Source: Cenarchaeum sp.
Lineage (GTDB): Archaea > Thermoproteota > Nitrososphaeria > Nitrososphaerales > Nitrosopumilaceae
Direction of reading: 5' to 3'
NCBI GenBank assembly: GCA_965212015.1
Contig: OZ243037.1
Location: forward strand, 800,001 to 864,000
Length of the DNA: 64,000 bases
This document shows, piece after piece, positions 20,355 to 30,180 of the stretch; positions within the stretch are counted from its first letter, which is position 1; each line of letters opens with the position of its first letter. The notes under the pieces are model-generated. The model did not search any database, was not told the DNA's origin, and saw only the letters and a list, made by a program, of their open reading frames with translations. Made by a program: the position numbers and the translations under genes.

Positions 20355-20374
20355 GTATACAGCAATAATTTTCA

Positions 20375-20434
20375 GTAACCGGTTAGGTTCTCTGCCTGCG
20401 GATCCAAACATACCTCTTGGACCTAACCTGTTAC
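20375..20434. repeat. 16-bp imperfect inverted repeat upstream of the giant-gene promoter
   Basis: GTAACCGGTTAGGTTC (20375-20390) vs GGACCTAACCTGTTAC (20419-20434), 14/16 complementary, 28-nt spacer. Confidence 0.7.
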
Positions 20435-20734
20435 CAAGGCAGGTGATCGGTCAGGTCGGATATGCCGGAATATCCTGATCGTCGGCATGCGGATTCTGAG
20501 CAGAATCATGGTACGGGGTGGTCTGAACAGGACGATCCCGCATATGGCCCGATCCGCATCCGTTCCCCGAACGGCCGCGTTTTTGCATCATGGCCGTTGG
20601 GCGCAGATATAACTGCGTGTCAGGCCCGGAATTTTTTCTGGCGAAAGTGCCTGTTTGTATGTGTGCCATCCCGAAATCTGTTAGCCCTTTACCGGACATT
20701 CTTTTGGCTGGCCGTCATCAACTGTTGTCTCTAG

Positions 20735-20815
20735 GTATGAGGTCACGTCCTACTGTAATTAGGCGTGAATTTCGTATCACAAGATGTCTTTTAGGCAGGA
20801 CAAGTGGCCTCGTAC
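20735..20815. mobile_element. 81-bp MITE-like element with 8-bp target-site duplication
   Basis: Ends GTATGAGGTCAC / GTGGCCTCGTAC (10/12 inverted); GTCTCTAG directly flanks both ends (20727-20734, 20816-20823). Confidence 0.65.
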
Positions 20816-20990
20816 GTCTCTAGGGCACCTTGCACTTAAATTCCCGGACAGGCATCTCCGGTGCAGCACGTAATTGGACATGGACGGTCGGATGCCATTC
20901 CACCTGCAGACTAGCTCGTGTATGTCCCTGTCTGTTTTTGCTTTTGCCGGAATTACCGGAGCATTTCCAGATTGCCTACAGGTTTGGTTT

Positions 20991-22235
20991 TCAGGCAGCC
21001 GGTGACTCTAGCGTTATTTCACCAGAGGATGCGTCATAGGCGCCGTAAAGCATCCACTGCCCGTCGTAAACCGCATACATTTCATAGTCTCCGGCGGCCA
21101 GATCACCGTATTCGTTGAGCACTATTTGGCCGAGGGCACCGTCATGGCTTGCGGCAATATCCGGAAGCGTGTCTGCTATTGCGGCCGCATCCGTGGACTG
21201 GGTGGAAAGAATCGCCAGGCCCAAAAGCCAGAGCGCGTCATAGGAGGAATAGACAAAGTTGTTCGGGACGGATCCCGTAGCATCCAGCAGATGATCATGC
21301 ACGTACCGGTACTTTTCATTTTTGGCCGCCGCAAACTGCGTGGCGGTAAACTGTACGTCGGATGCAAACTGCGAGGATATTCTGTCAGACGTTATCGTGC
21401 CGTCGTTGGATGAGGCATCAGAGCCAAACCACCTCACGTCGCGCAACACCTCGTACGAGGCAGCCGAGTTGAAAAGATGCACCACCTCTGCAAAGCCTAT
21501 CGCCAGCACGGCAATCTCTTCGGTGGGATACTCTGATGCGTACCGGGCCACCCTGTCAGAGAGCAGCGACGACTCTGTCGAAAAGACGGCTGTGTCAGGC
21601 AGGTATCGGATGCCCTCGTCCATCGTGCCAAATTCGGCAAAAGAGTCATTGACGGATTCGTACAGTCCGTCGCCCCATACATCGCCCCTATACACCGGAA
21701 TTACGACGCCGATGCCCTGCTGCGCCAGCAGTTCCGCAATCACCCTGCCCTGGTTCGTGTCATCGGGTATCAGCCGGAATATGTTGTCTGCCACCGAAAG
21801 CTTGGGCGACACGGATGACGGGCTTATCAGCAGCATTCCGTTAGAGTCCGCATACGGCTTTATGTGGTGCAGCTCGGCGCTTGTCTCTGCGCCCACAACA
21901 AGCTTTATCCCCTTTGAGTTCAGGGACTGTATTTTTTCTAGCGCCACGACGGGATCTGTCTGCGTGTCCTCCACTACCAGATCCATCCTCCACGGGGCGC
22001 CAATTGACTCGAGGTGATCATTAAAGTCGCCTAGCGCAAGCCGTGTGGCAATGACGTTATCTGACCCGTGACTTGACCAGTCGCCGGTGGCAGGAAGCAT
22101 CGCGCCAATCTCCACCACATCGGGAAGCAGGCGCGCCTGCGGGTCTTGCGGCACTGCCCCGTACTGCAAAACAAGCCCTGTTGCGACTGCGGCAATGATT
22201 CCGCCTGCCACAAGGGCGATGCTGCGCCTCTCCAA
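20991..22235 (-). CDS. Branched-chain amino acid (LivJ/K-type) ABC substrate-binding protein
   Basis: N-terminal TM anchor; IGAMLPATGD, EDTQTDP, LISPSS, FRLIPDD, SYDALWLL. Confidence 0.88.
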   Translation of the reverse strand: MERRSIALVAGGIIAAVATGLVLQYGAVPQDPQARLLPDVVEIGAMLPATGDWSSHGSDNVIATRLALGDFNDHLESIGAPWRMDLVVEDTQTDPVVALEKIQSLNSKGIKLVVGAETSAELHHIKPYADSNGMLLISPSSVSPKLSVADNIFRLIPDDTNQGRVIAELLAQQGIGVVIPVYRGDVWGDGLYESVNDSFAEFGTMDEGIRYLPDTAVFSTESSLLSDRVARYASEYPTEEIAVLAIGFAEVVHLFNSAASYEVLRDVRWFGSDASSNDGTITSDRISSQFASDVQFTATQFAAAKNEKYRYVHDHLLDATGSVPNNFVYSSYDALWLLGLAILSTQSTDAAAIADTLPDIAASHDGALGQIVLNEYGDLAAGDYEMYAVYDGQWMLYGAYDASSGEITLESPAA

Positions 22236-22498
22236 CAGAAAAGGCCGTAGCTCGTCGCTATTTAATTATTGGGCACGTCTGTCCGTAATAGGTTAGGTAG
22301 TCCCTGGCAATTCCCGCAGCTTTTCTGCCCTGTTCAGGCCCTGCCTGCGCCAGCTCAGAAAGCACGCCAACAGTACGCCAAACATCCCCTGTCTGCCGTT
22401 GCGATCCTCATCCGAGTATTCCGGTGAATCACCGCCCTGCGCACCATCCTTTCGGATTCGTTGTTTGTCTGCCCCATCCCGGGGTGTCCTTTCCGCAC

Positions 22499-24667
22499 TC
22501 ACTGCAGCTTAATCGAGGTGGTGGCCAGATTGTCGTGCGAGTCAGTGGCATTGACGTAATACGTGCCGGGCCCCATCACGTTGGGTATAATCCACACGAA
22601 CACAAACTCGCCTTTCTGGGTGCTGCGCACGTTTTGCTCCTCCAATACCTCGCCTTCGATGTACACCACGATATTGACGTTGGCACCCGCCGTCGCACCG
22701 GAGCCAGAAATCCTGACAGAGTCGCCGCCGGATAGCGGCTTTGTAGTCGGTATGTGGATTTCAATGCCCTCGTTTTCCTGCGTCGTCACTGTAATCGGGA
22801 CGCTGCTGGGCTTTCCCCCGCTCTTTGCGATGACCTCCCACTGGCCGATGGCCGCATCATTTGGAATCCTAAAGGACGTGTCAGATATGATCCCCTTTGT
22901 GTCCGTGAACGTCTCTTTGGACTTTGACGTTTTCCCGTCGGGATCCACCAGCGACAGGGTAAGCAGGGTGTTTTTTTTCGAGTTGCCCAGTATCAGGATG
23001 GAATCGCCGGGCATATAGCTAGTCTTTGTGGTCTGAAAGCTGATCGAATCCTTGGTCGTGCTGAGGCCCACAGTGAAGACCTTTTGCACCTGCATGTTGC
23101 CCTTTGTGACTACGGCGGTGTATATCCCCGACTTGTAGCCGTTCAGGCCAAGCTCGTATGCGGCCTGCCCCCCCGTTCCCAGCGAGAGCGGTATCAAAAA
23201 GTTCTTTCCGGATGCGTCCAGCGAGATTACGGCCTCGGATTTTGTGAGCGGGATCTGCGTGTCCTCGCCCTTTACTAGCGTCAGCGACAGCATGGAAGAA
23301 GACGGGCCCATGATCGTCAGGTGCACCGTGTCGCTTGTCTTGTAGTTTTTCTTGTCCGTCTGCACTATTAGCTGCGTCTGTGGAAACTCGCCCAGGCCCA
23401 CAAGGAACGTGACTGTGCTGTCCTGCTGCGTGGCAAACAGTATGTATGTGCCCTCCGGATCCGAGGGCTGCGTGGAGAACTCGATCTCTACTATTCCAGA
23501 CGGACCCACCTCTAGGACGTCTGAGTACACCTCGATCTGCCGGGGGTTTTCGACTACAATGTCCAGCGTCTCATCCGGGATGGCAGTCCCGTTAAACCGG
23601 ATCGTCTCTCCTGCCTCAAACTTTAGTTTTGCCGGCTCGAACTGGATCCTGTGGGATGACTCTATCATCCATGTCCTCGACTCTGTGCCGTACCCGTCAG
23701 TTATCTCTGCCGTATACTCTCCAAACAGCGCATTTTGCGGTATCGTGGCCTTGTGAGACCACATGCCGTCCTGATCAATCTGTGCCAGATCCGTCGTTAT
23801 TATCTCCCCGTTTGGGGCAGTGATGGTAGCAGTGATGAATCCGCCCGGTGTCCCCGTGCCGTCAAGCGAGATGGTGCTGCCAATGTACACCGTGTCTGGA
23901 AAGCCGCGTATCTCCAGCTTGCCTGCCGCCACTTTTTCTGTTTTTTCTGGCACGTCCCTTAGCGTGAGTCCGTATGTTTTTTCATTGTCCCGCATGTCGC
24001 GTATGGCAAACTCAATTTTGCCGGCCTTTTTGTCGTCGGGTATTTTTGAGGTAAATATGAAAGAGCCAGAGCCGTCGGACTCGAACGAGTCTGACTTTGC
24101 GCCGTCCACATAGAAATCAAACTCTTGATCTGCCCGGAACTGCTCGCCGACTATCCTCACAGTGGAGCCGGCGTTGATTTTTTCTGGGACCAGCCTGAAC
24201 GTGGAGCCGGACAGGACGCCGTCCTGTACTTTTGGTTCGGGCTCGTCACTGTCCGTAGGCTTTGCGTCTGGCAGCACCTTGCCTGTCTGAATTACGGCCC
24301 CCTGCCCGTCGACGGCCTCCCAGTTTATGCCGGGCTTTTCCACGTCGGTCTTTACGCCAAAGCTGACAGTCTCGCCGGGCCTTAGCGGCTGTACGGTGGT
24401 AAATGTCAAGAGCCCTTGCGGGGACTTTTCGCCCCGCCATACTTTTTCTGTCTTGAATGACTGGAACAAGTCGTCGCCGCCGAGCCACAGCCGGATGATC
24501 TCTACGTTCTGGCTCCCAGAGTTTTCAAACTGTATGACGGTGGTCTTGTCAAACACCGTGCTGCTTACCACGATCGACTCGGCCCCCGCGCCCCCCATGC
24601 CAAGCAGGAGCACGGACGATATCAGTGCAGCCGAGATTGCCGCCGCCTTTCTGTCAAGCATGTCCAT
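22499..24667 (-). CDS. Secreted multi-Ig-domain protein (thaumarchaeal 'biofilm-associated' type)
   Basis: Signal peptide; repeated TDKxxYxxGDxI beta-sandwich modules. Confidence 0.8.
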   Translation of the reverse strand: MDMLDRKAAAISAALISSVLLLGMGGAGAESIVVSSTVFDKTTVIQFENSGSQNVEIIRLWLGGDDLFQSFKTEKVWRGEKSPQGLLTFTTVQPLRPGETVSFGVKTDVEKPGINWEAVDGQGAVIQTGKVLPDAKPTDSDEPEPKVQDGVLSGSTFRLVPEKINAGSTVRIVGEQFRADQEFDFYVDGAKSDSFESDGSGSFIFTSKIPDDKKAGKIEFAIRDMRDNEKTYGLTLRDVPEKTEKVAAGKLEIRGFPDTVYIGSTISLDGTGTPGGFITATITAPNGEIITTDLAQIDQDGMWSHKATIPQNALFGEYTAEITDGYGTESRTWMIESSHRIQFEPAKLKFEAGETIRFNGTAIPDETLDIVVENPRQIEVYSDVLEVGPSGIVEIEFSTQPSDPEGTYILFATQQDSTVTFLVGLGEFPQTQLIVQTDKKNYKTSDTVHLTIMGPSSSMLSLTLVKGEDTQIPLTKSEAVISLDASGKNFLIPLSLGTGGQAAYELGLNGYKSGIYTAVVTKGNMQVQKVFTVGLSTTKDSISFQTTKTSYMPGDSILILGNSKKNTLLTLSLVDPDGKTSKSKETFTDTKGIISDTSFRIPNDAAIGQWEVIAKSGGKPSSVPITVTTQENEGIEIHIPTTKPLSGGDSVRISGSGATAGANVNIVVYIEGEVLEEQNVRSTQKGEFVFVWIIPNVMGPGTYYVNATDSHDNLATTSIKLQ

Positions 24668-24736
24668 ACCCGCTTAGCTGCTTTGCTATTTTATCATTCG
24701 GGGGGTTTTGTGAGTAATACACTTTAACTACCCACA

Positions 24737-26815
24737 TTAGACTTTGGCCTTTGGCATCCTGTCGCCGTCGGCCTTTGCGTTCTGGTACTGCCTGATGCGC
24801 TCGGCGACTAGCCGGTATAGCGACCTAAACCTGTCCTTTGACCTGTCAGTAAGAAAATCCGTCTCGCCCAGGGTTATCTTTTCGCAGATGTACCGGGTAA
24901 TCTCCTCGTTCTCAAACCTCCCCCAGGCGTCCCTGTGATCCGCCCATATCGCATCAAGGTTATCTAGCACCCCGGCGTGGCCCTTGGCTGCCACGTCATC
25001 GCCGGTAAGGCTCGTGTATCCCTCCCGCCTTAGCTTGATCTCGTATGTCTGGTTTACTGCGTGCAGATAGTCCTCTAGCACCATATAGTCCTCGATTGAC
25101 TGCATGGGCTTGCCCTCCCTTTCAAAGAATATCGTCTGGGCCTTGGAGAACTCGTTGGCCACCAGCTGGCCGGAGATCCTTTTTGACTCCTCGCTGTTGT
25201 CTAGCAGCACGAACGTCCTGTATCCGTGGTTGCGGTAGAATATGGCCAGCGGCAGCACAGAGTTCTTGCTGAACGCCGCCACCACGTTGAGCGGGTTCAT
25301 CGATATGTTCGGATCCTGGAGAAACTTGTCAAAGGCATTGAGGTACATGCTGTCTGACATTGTCTCGACAATTATTATCGGCCTCGAGTTTGTCCCAATC
25401 TCCCTGTCCACTATGGACTGTACCAGTCCCTTTGAGAGGCCGTACAGTATGGGCGTGAGCGTCTTGTCGTCTGCGTTCCAATAGTCGTAAAATATCCTGC
25501 TGAGGTGCTTCTTTTTGTCCAGCTCCACCACTAGCAGGTTCCCCGGGGTATAGTCGAATATCATGAATGGCGAGTGCGTCGCATAAAGCACCTGGTTTAA
25601 TCCGGCGAGATTCTTTAGCAGATCAGAGATTCCCTCCTGCTGCGTCGGATGCAGGTTGCGCGCAGGCTCGTCTAGCAGCAGTATGGCCTCCTTTAGCTCC
25701 GCTCGCTGCGTCTCTGCGGCAAAGTTTACGATAAACGAGAACGTCCACTTGAATCCCTCTGCCCTTCTGTTTAGCAGGCCGTTGTTAGTCATCGTCCCGT
25801 CCCGGTGTATGTCCGATATCACGACGCTCATGATGTTTCCCGGCTGGTATCTCAGGTCGACGTGTATCGGATCCCCCTTCCACGCAGGATTAAGCCTGCT
25901 GGTAAGCTTGTTGCTGGCAGTACTGAGAAACTTTATCAGCTTTGACGGGCTGTCGTGGAGGTTTTCCATCTCGCCGATGTCAAGCTCTGCAAGATAAAAC
26001 AGGTTCCTTACGGTCTCTGCACGGTCAAACTCCTCGACGTACTCTATGCTGTCTGCCGCCCTTTTCGTTTTGGTATACTCGTTAAGGTTGATGTTGCCAT
26101 AGATTTTCTTGTAATCCGAAAAATAGACAAACCTCGGGTGCAGGTTGTCCTCGATAAAGTTTCCCAGCGCCACCCTGTCGGTGGTGCCAGAGAGCAGCCT
26201 TGAGAACTGGCTTTCCGGCCTGGCATAGATTTTTTCCCATTCGGCGACCACGCCGGGCTCCTCGCCGGCCTGCACGTGAATCTGGTTGCTAAAGCCGGCC
26301 ATTCCGGCGTCAAAATCCCTCTGGTTTTTGGGCGGCGCGGATTCAAAAAAGCCGGCGTCTAGCTGTATTCTGATGTGGTTTGGAATGGAGTCCAGAAATC
26401 CCAGTATGCCGTCCCTGAAATTCTCCCACGAGTTTATGGTCTTGTTTTCCTCCTCGCTTATCTGCAGCTCCCCGAAATCGTACTGGGTGCTTGGCGTCTT
26501 GTTGCTCCGGAATATCCGCATTTTCTTGATCTCCGGAACGCCGGGGAACTTTTCCCTTATCATCTGCGTTTCAAGCTGGTTTAGCTCAAACTCGCCCTCT
26601 ATGATTCGCACCTCGTTTTTTAGCTCCTCGAACATTTCATCGCAGAGATCCAGCTCCGAGACGTATTCGTCCTTGTTTAGCAGCGTCAGCGCCTGCAGGA
26701 TGGTAGTCTTGCCGCTCTCGTTTCGCCCGACAAACGCGGCCAGGTCGCCGACTGATATCTCGCCTGAGTCGTGGATGCAGCGGTATGCCCTGACCCGGAA
26801 CTTTCGTAGCCTCAT
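24737..26815 (-). CDS. OLD-family ABC ATPase (AAA_15) with C-terminal Toprim-like domain
   Basis: Walker A GRNESGKT, Walker B LLLDEP, ATHSPF, IIVETMSD; start ATG 26815. Confidence 0.85.
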   Translation of the reverse strand: MRLRKFRVRAYRCIHDSGEISVGDLAAFVGRNESGKTTILQALTLLNKDEYVSELDLCDEMFEELKNEVRIIEGEFELNQLETQMIREKFPGVPEIKKMRIFRSNKTPSTQYDFGELQISEEENKTINSWENFRDGILGFLDSIPNHIRIQLDAGFFESAPPKNQRDFDAGMAGFSNQIHVQAGEEPGVVAEWEKIYARPESQFSRLLSGTTDRVALGNFIEDNLHPRFVYFSDYKKIYGNINLNEYTKTKRAADSIEYVEEFDRAETVRNLFYLAELDIGEMENLHDSPSKLIKFLSTASNKLTSRLNPAWKGDPIHVDLRYQPGNIMSVVISDIHRDGTMTNNGLLNRRAEGFKWTFSFIVNFAAETQRAELKEAILLLDEPARNLHPTQQEGISDLLKNLAGLNQVLYATHSPFMIFDYTPGNLLVVELDKKKHLSRIFYDYWNADDKTLTPILYGLSKGLVQSIVDREIGTNSRPIIIVETMSDSMYLNAFDKFLQDPNISMNPLNVVAAFSKNSVLPLAIFYRNHGYRTFVLLDNSEESKRISGQLVANEFSKAQTIFFEREGKPMQSIEDYMVLEDYLHAVNQTYEIKLRREGYTSLTGDDVAAKGHAGVLDNLDAIWADHRDAWGRFENEEITRYICEKITLGETDFLTDRSKDRFRSLYRLVAERIRQYQNAKADGDRMPKAKV

Positions 26816-27033
26816 GTATTGTCTGATTTTAATCGCCAAGATTTAACTTATACGACAGTATCATAAACAATCAAGCCGTTGCTAAAATTGATCAACGAAA
26901 CGCGGCGCGATCAGTCCGGCCCCAGTTGCGCACAGGTGCCGCCATCTGGGCAGTTTATTAGTGCGGGACTGCACGGCATGAATCATGTACGGATGCAGGC
27001 CGCAGGCCTCAGAACCGCGCACCGCCAGGAGAC

Positions 27034-27114
27034 ATGTCAGTCCAGGGATTCGTCCTGATTAGCTGCACTGCGCTGATTGTGGGCCTGAGCATCGCCCTTG
27101 CCGTTCTTTCATGA
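27034..27114 (+). CDS. Putative 26-aa single-TM peptide (MSVQGFVLISCTALIVGLSIALAVLS)
   Basis: Manual translation; AGGAGA just upstream; uniformly hydrophobic. Confidence 0.35.
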   Translation: MSVQGFVLISCTALIVGLSIALAVLS

Positions 27115-27119
27115 CCATG

Positions 27120-27515
27120 CTATTCCAGGTCGTGTTTTTTTATGATCATGTGTATTCCCGGCTCCCCCACTGCGCCTATCATCTTGTCGGCCATCCTGCC
27201 ACCCTTGAACAGGATAAAAGTCGGAATGGACTGCACCTGAAACCTCTGGGCTATTGGCTGCGACAGGTCCACGTTCAGCCTGGCAAAGCGGATTCGGCCG
27301 TATTTTTTGGCCATCCTCTCAAATACCGGGTGCATCATCTTGCACGGGCCGCACCATTCGGCCCAGAAATCCACCAGCACCGCGTCGTTGCCGCCAATTA
27401 TTCCATCAAAGCTGTCCGTGTCAGCTTCTAGTACGCCCCGCTGCTGCGCCCTGTGGGCATCCATCATCCCCCGGAGTTTCTTTTCCTTTATCTTCCGGAG
27501 TGCGTCATCATCCAT
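27120..27515 (-). CDS. trxA: Thioredoxin
   Basis: DFWAEWCGPCK active site, SIPT. Confidence 0.95.
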   Translation of the reverse strand: MDDDALRKIKEKKLRGMMDAHRAQQRGVLEADTDSFDGIIGGNDAVLVDFWAEWCGPCKMMHPVFERMAKKYGRIRFARLNVDLSQPIAQRFQVQSIPTFILFKGGRMADKMIGAVGEPGIHMIIKKHDLE

Positions 27516-27601
27516 GTACAGTGCAGCGCGCCGGATTATTTAACTTGAGGGATAAATCTTGCAATGCCGGTACGGGACCGGGCCGCGCACTCTCGCGCCT
27601 G

Positions 27602-28018
27602 CTACAAATCCAGCAGAAACCTGAGCCTTACCCCGTCGGACTCGTCGACTTGCATCTCGTGAAACGTGGGCGCCTTTATCTCGACTTTAAAGCCGTGCCT
27701 TTTTAGATCGATCGGCTCGCCGTATGCAGTCGCCTCCACGCAATACGCAGAGTCCCTTTCCACCCTGGCGCTCATGCGCGCTATCGCAAAGCCTTCTGTG
27801 ATCATACAGTATATCACCGCCTCAAGCCAGTCAAAGAGCAGGTGGCTGAGATCCTCGGCGGACGCCGTTATCTTGCGGCTCTGTACGTCTAGCACAGAGC
27901 CCGAATCAAGCGTAATGTCTGCCACTGCCTGTCCTGCAACGGAGAATGCCTCATCAAGACTTGCGGCCCTGACTTCGACTATGGCGTCAGTCGCATGATC
28001 CAGTATTCGGTAGCTCAC
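27602..28018 (-). CDS. Archease
   Basis: LDHATDA N-terminus, EIKAPTFH, LLDL C-terminus. Confidence 0.93.
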   Translation of the reverse strand: MSYRILDHATDAIVEVRAASLDEAFSVAGQAVADITLDSGSVLDVQSRKITASAEDLSHLLFDWLEAVIYCMITEGFAIARMSARVERDSAYCVEATAYGEPIDLKRHGFKVEIKAPTFHEMQVDESDGVRLRFLLDL

Positions 28019-28065
28019 ATGCGGGAATCGCCATACAGGCTATTAATGGATAGCGTGGTCTGGCC

Positions 28066-30180
28066 CTACAGCTGCGACTTTATGCTGCCGGCAAGCCGGG
28101 GGCCTATCTTGTCGATGGCGGCCAGCTTTTTGAGCGGTGCCGCCGACAGGGCATCCAGGTTTTTTATGCCGTTTTTGTGCAGCACCCTGGCGCGTATCCG
28201 CCCGATTCCCTTGATTCGCACCAGTCCCAGGAGCTCCTCTTTTATGCCGTATGAGATCCTGCCGCGCAGCGCGTCTAGCTCGGCGAGCAGATCGGCGCGC
28301 TCTGAGTGCTTTGCAATCTGCCTCAGGCAGTAGAGCAGCCAGTTGGCATTTTCCGTCATCCGGTGTATGTCGCCGGACTCGATCTTGAGGTTTTCTGAAA
28401 GCGACACCTCGGTGGACTCGCCAATCCAGGAGTCAAGCGCAAGCAGGCTCCGGTTGCAGTCGTCTTCTGAGACGGGCTCTATCAGCTCCGCTGCGCGCCT
28501 CTCAAGGAGCAGGCCTGCAAGCTCATAGTCGCCCTGCCGCAGGCCGAACTTTGGGAAAAACTCCTCGCACGTGGTGATCAGGTGCAGGAATCCCAGGGTG
28601 TGCCTGCGCCTTTTTGACGTGCTTTGTATGGCGTCTCGGAAATTCGTGGCAGTAATTGGATCAATGTACAGCATCGAGGTCTGCTTTCCAAACTCCGTGG
28701 CCGCATACCTGTCGCTTTTTTGCACCAGCAGGCCCTCTTTTAGCAGGAATCTCAGGGCGGTGCGGACCCCGAACTTTATGACGGCCTTTCCGGACTGCAC
28801 GCCCCCCAGGGTACCCAGAAAAAAATCCACCAGCTCGTCTCTTTTGATTCCGGGGCTGGTGGAGACCAGGCTAAGTGTGTGTATGCGCAGCGCCCTCTCG
28901 TCGGTAATCCTCGACTCGATGGGCTCAGGCTCGCCGTTTATGTAATAGTCCATGAGATCGTCGGTGTTGGATTTTCCCACGATTATCGCCTCGCCGAACT
29001 TGTCGTACTGCGGCCTGCCGGCCCTCCCGCAGAGCTGCTTGTATTCCAGAATGCTGATCGGCATGCTGGCCCCCATCCTTACGTTATAGCGGTTCACGCT
29101 GGATATCACGACGCGCCTTGCCGGAAGGTTGACGCCTGCCGCAAGCGTGGGCGTGGAGCACAAAAGCCTTATCGTGCCCTTGCGGAACTCGGACTCGATG
29201 GTGGCCCTGCAGTTCTGGTTCAGCCCTGCATGGTGGAACGCCACGCCCTTTTTTACCAGCTCTGCGAGCGTCTTTACCACCTTTGTGTGCTCGTTTGAGC
29301 CCAGTATTTTTTTTGACACCTTTTCTAGATCCTTTAGCTGCGAGTCCTCGAGCATCTTTGATATTACACCGGACGCCTTTGTCGCCATCGACGAGGCGCG
29401 GATGCGCGTCTCGGCAAACAGGAGCGACTGGCCCCCGTTTTTGACTGATTCCGCCCCGAGATCCACGGGCGGGCCGCGCAGTGTAGGGTCAATCTCGTAG
29501 TGCCTTCCGTTGCTCATCGTGACTGTCCCGTAATCATACACGCCCTCAGACAGCGGAACGGGCCTCCAGTCGCTTTTGACCAGCTCGGAGCCCAGCCATC
29601 CTGAAATCTCGCCTGCGTTGGTAACTGTGGCGCTAAGCCCGACTATTTGCGGCCTCGGCTCAAGCCGCTTTATCTTTGCCAGTATCATCTCCAGGGTGGG
29701 TCCCCTGTCCTGATCCCCGATCAAATGAACCTCGTCGGCGATTACCAGCCCGATGTCATCAAGCCATTCCAGCCCGTGGCGAATAAGCGAGTCCATCTTT
29801 TCGTTTGTAAGGATTATGATATTGTTTTTTCCAAGGTTCTTTTCTGCGCCCTCAGAGTCGCCAGTCGACATACCGACTCTGATTTTCCCGCCAACCGGGA
29901 CGCGTTCCAGCTTTTTGAACTCGGCATACTTTTCAGACGCCAGTGCGCGCAGCGGGCTGAGATACACCGCCTTGCCCGGTTTTCCGGACAGATAGCTCAG
30001 CATTGCAATCGTGGCAATCAGCGTCTTTCCGCTTGCAGTCGGCGCCGATACCAGGACGCTTTTTCCGCCGACTAGCCCCGCCTTTACGGCTTGCGCCTGC
30101 GGCGGATACAGCTTGGTAAAGCCCTCCCCTGTCAGAAAGTCGATTGCAGGACTCGGAAGATCAAGCTGTGAGATTTTCAT
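28066..30180 (-). CDS. hel308: Hel308/Ski2-like SF2 DNA helicase
   Basis: PTASGKT, DEVH, FHHAGL, TPTLAAGVNLPA, GRAGRPQYD, C-terminal HhH. Confidence 0.92.
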   Translation of the reverse strand: MKISQLDLPSPAIDFLTGEGFTKLYPPQAQAVKAGLVGGKSVLVSAPTASGKTLIATIAMLSYLSGKPGKAVYLSPLRALASEKYAEFKKLERVPVGGKIRVGMSTGDSEGAEKNLGKNNIIILTNEKMDSLIRHGLEWLDDIGLVIADEVHLIGDQDRGPTLEMILAKIKRLEPRPQIVGLSATVTNAGEISGWLGSELVKSDWRPVPLSEGVYDYGTVTMSNGRHYEIDPTLRGPPVDLGAESVKNGGQSLLFAETRIRASSMATKASGVISKMLEDSQLKDLEKVSKKILGSNEHTKVVKTLAELVKKGVAFHHAGLNQNCRATIESEFRKGTIRLLCSTPTLAAGVNLPARRVVISSVNRYNVRMGASMPISILEYKQLCGRAGRPQYDKFGEAIIVGKSNTDDLMDYYINGEPEPIESRITDERALRIHTLSLVSTSPGIKRDELVDFFLGTLGGVQSGKAVIKFGVRTALRFLLKEGLLVQKSDRYAATEFGKQTSMLYIDPITATNFRDAIQSTSKRRRHTLGFLHLITTCEEFFPKFGLRQGDYELAGLLLERRAAELIEPVSEDDCNRSLLALDSWIGESTEVSLSENLKIESGDIHRMTENANWLLYCLRQIAKHSERADLLAELDALRGRISYGIKEELLGLVRIKGIGRIRARVLHKNGIKNLDALSAAPLKKLAAIDKIGPRLAGSIKSQL

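Noticed and set aside
22293-22502. 69-aa ORF overlapping the stop of the 722-aa gene
   Set aside because: Low-complexity composition and no motif; cannot be supported
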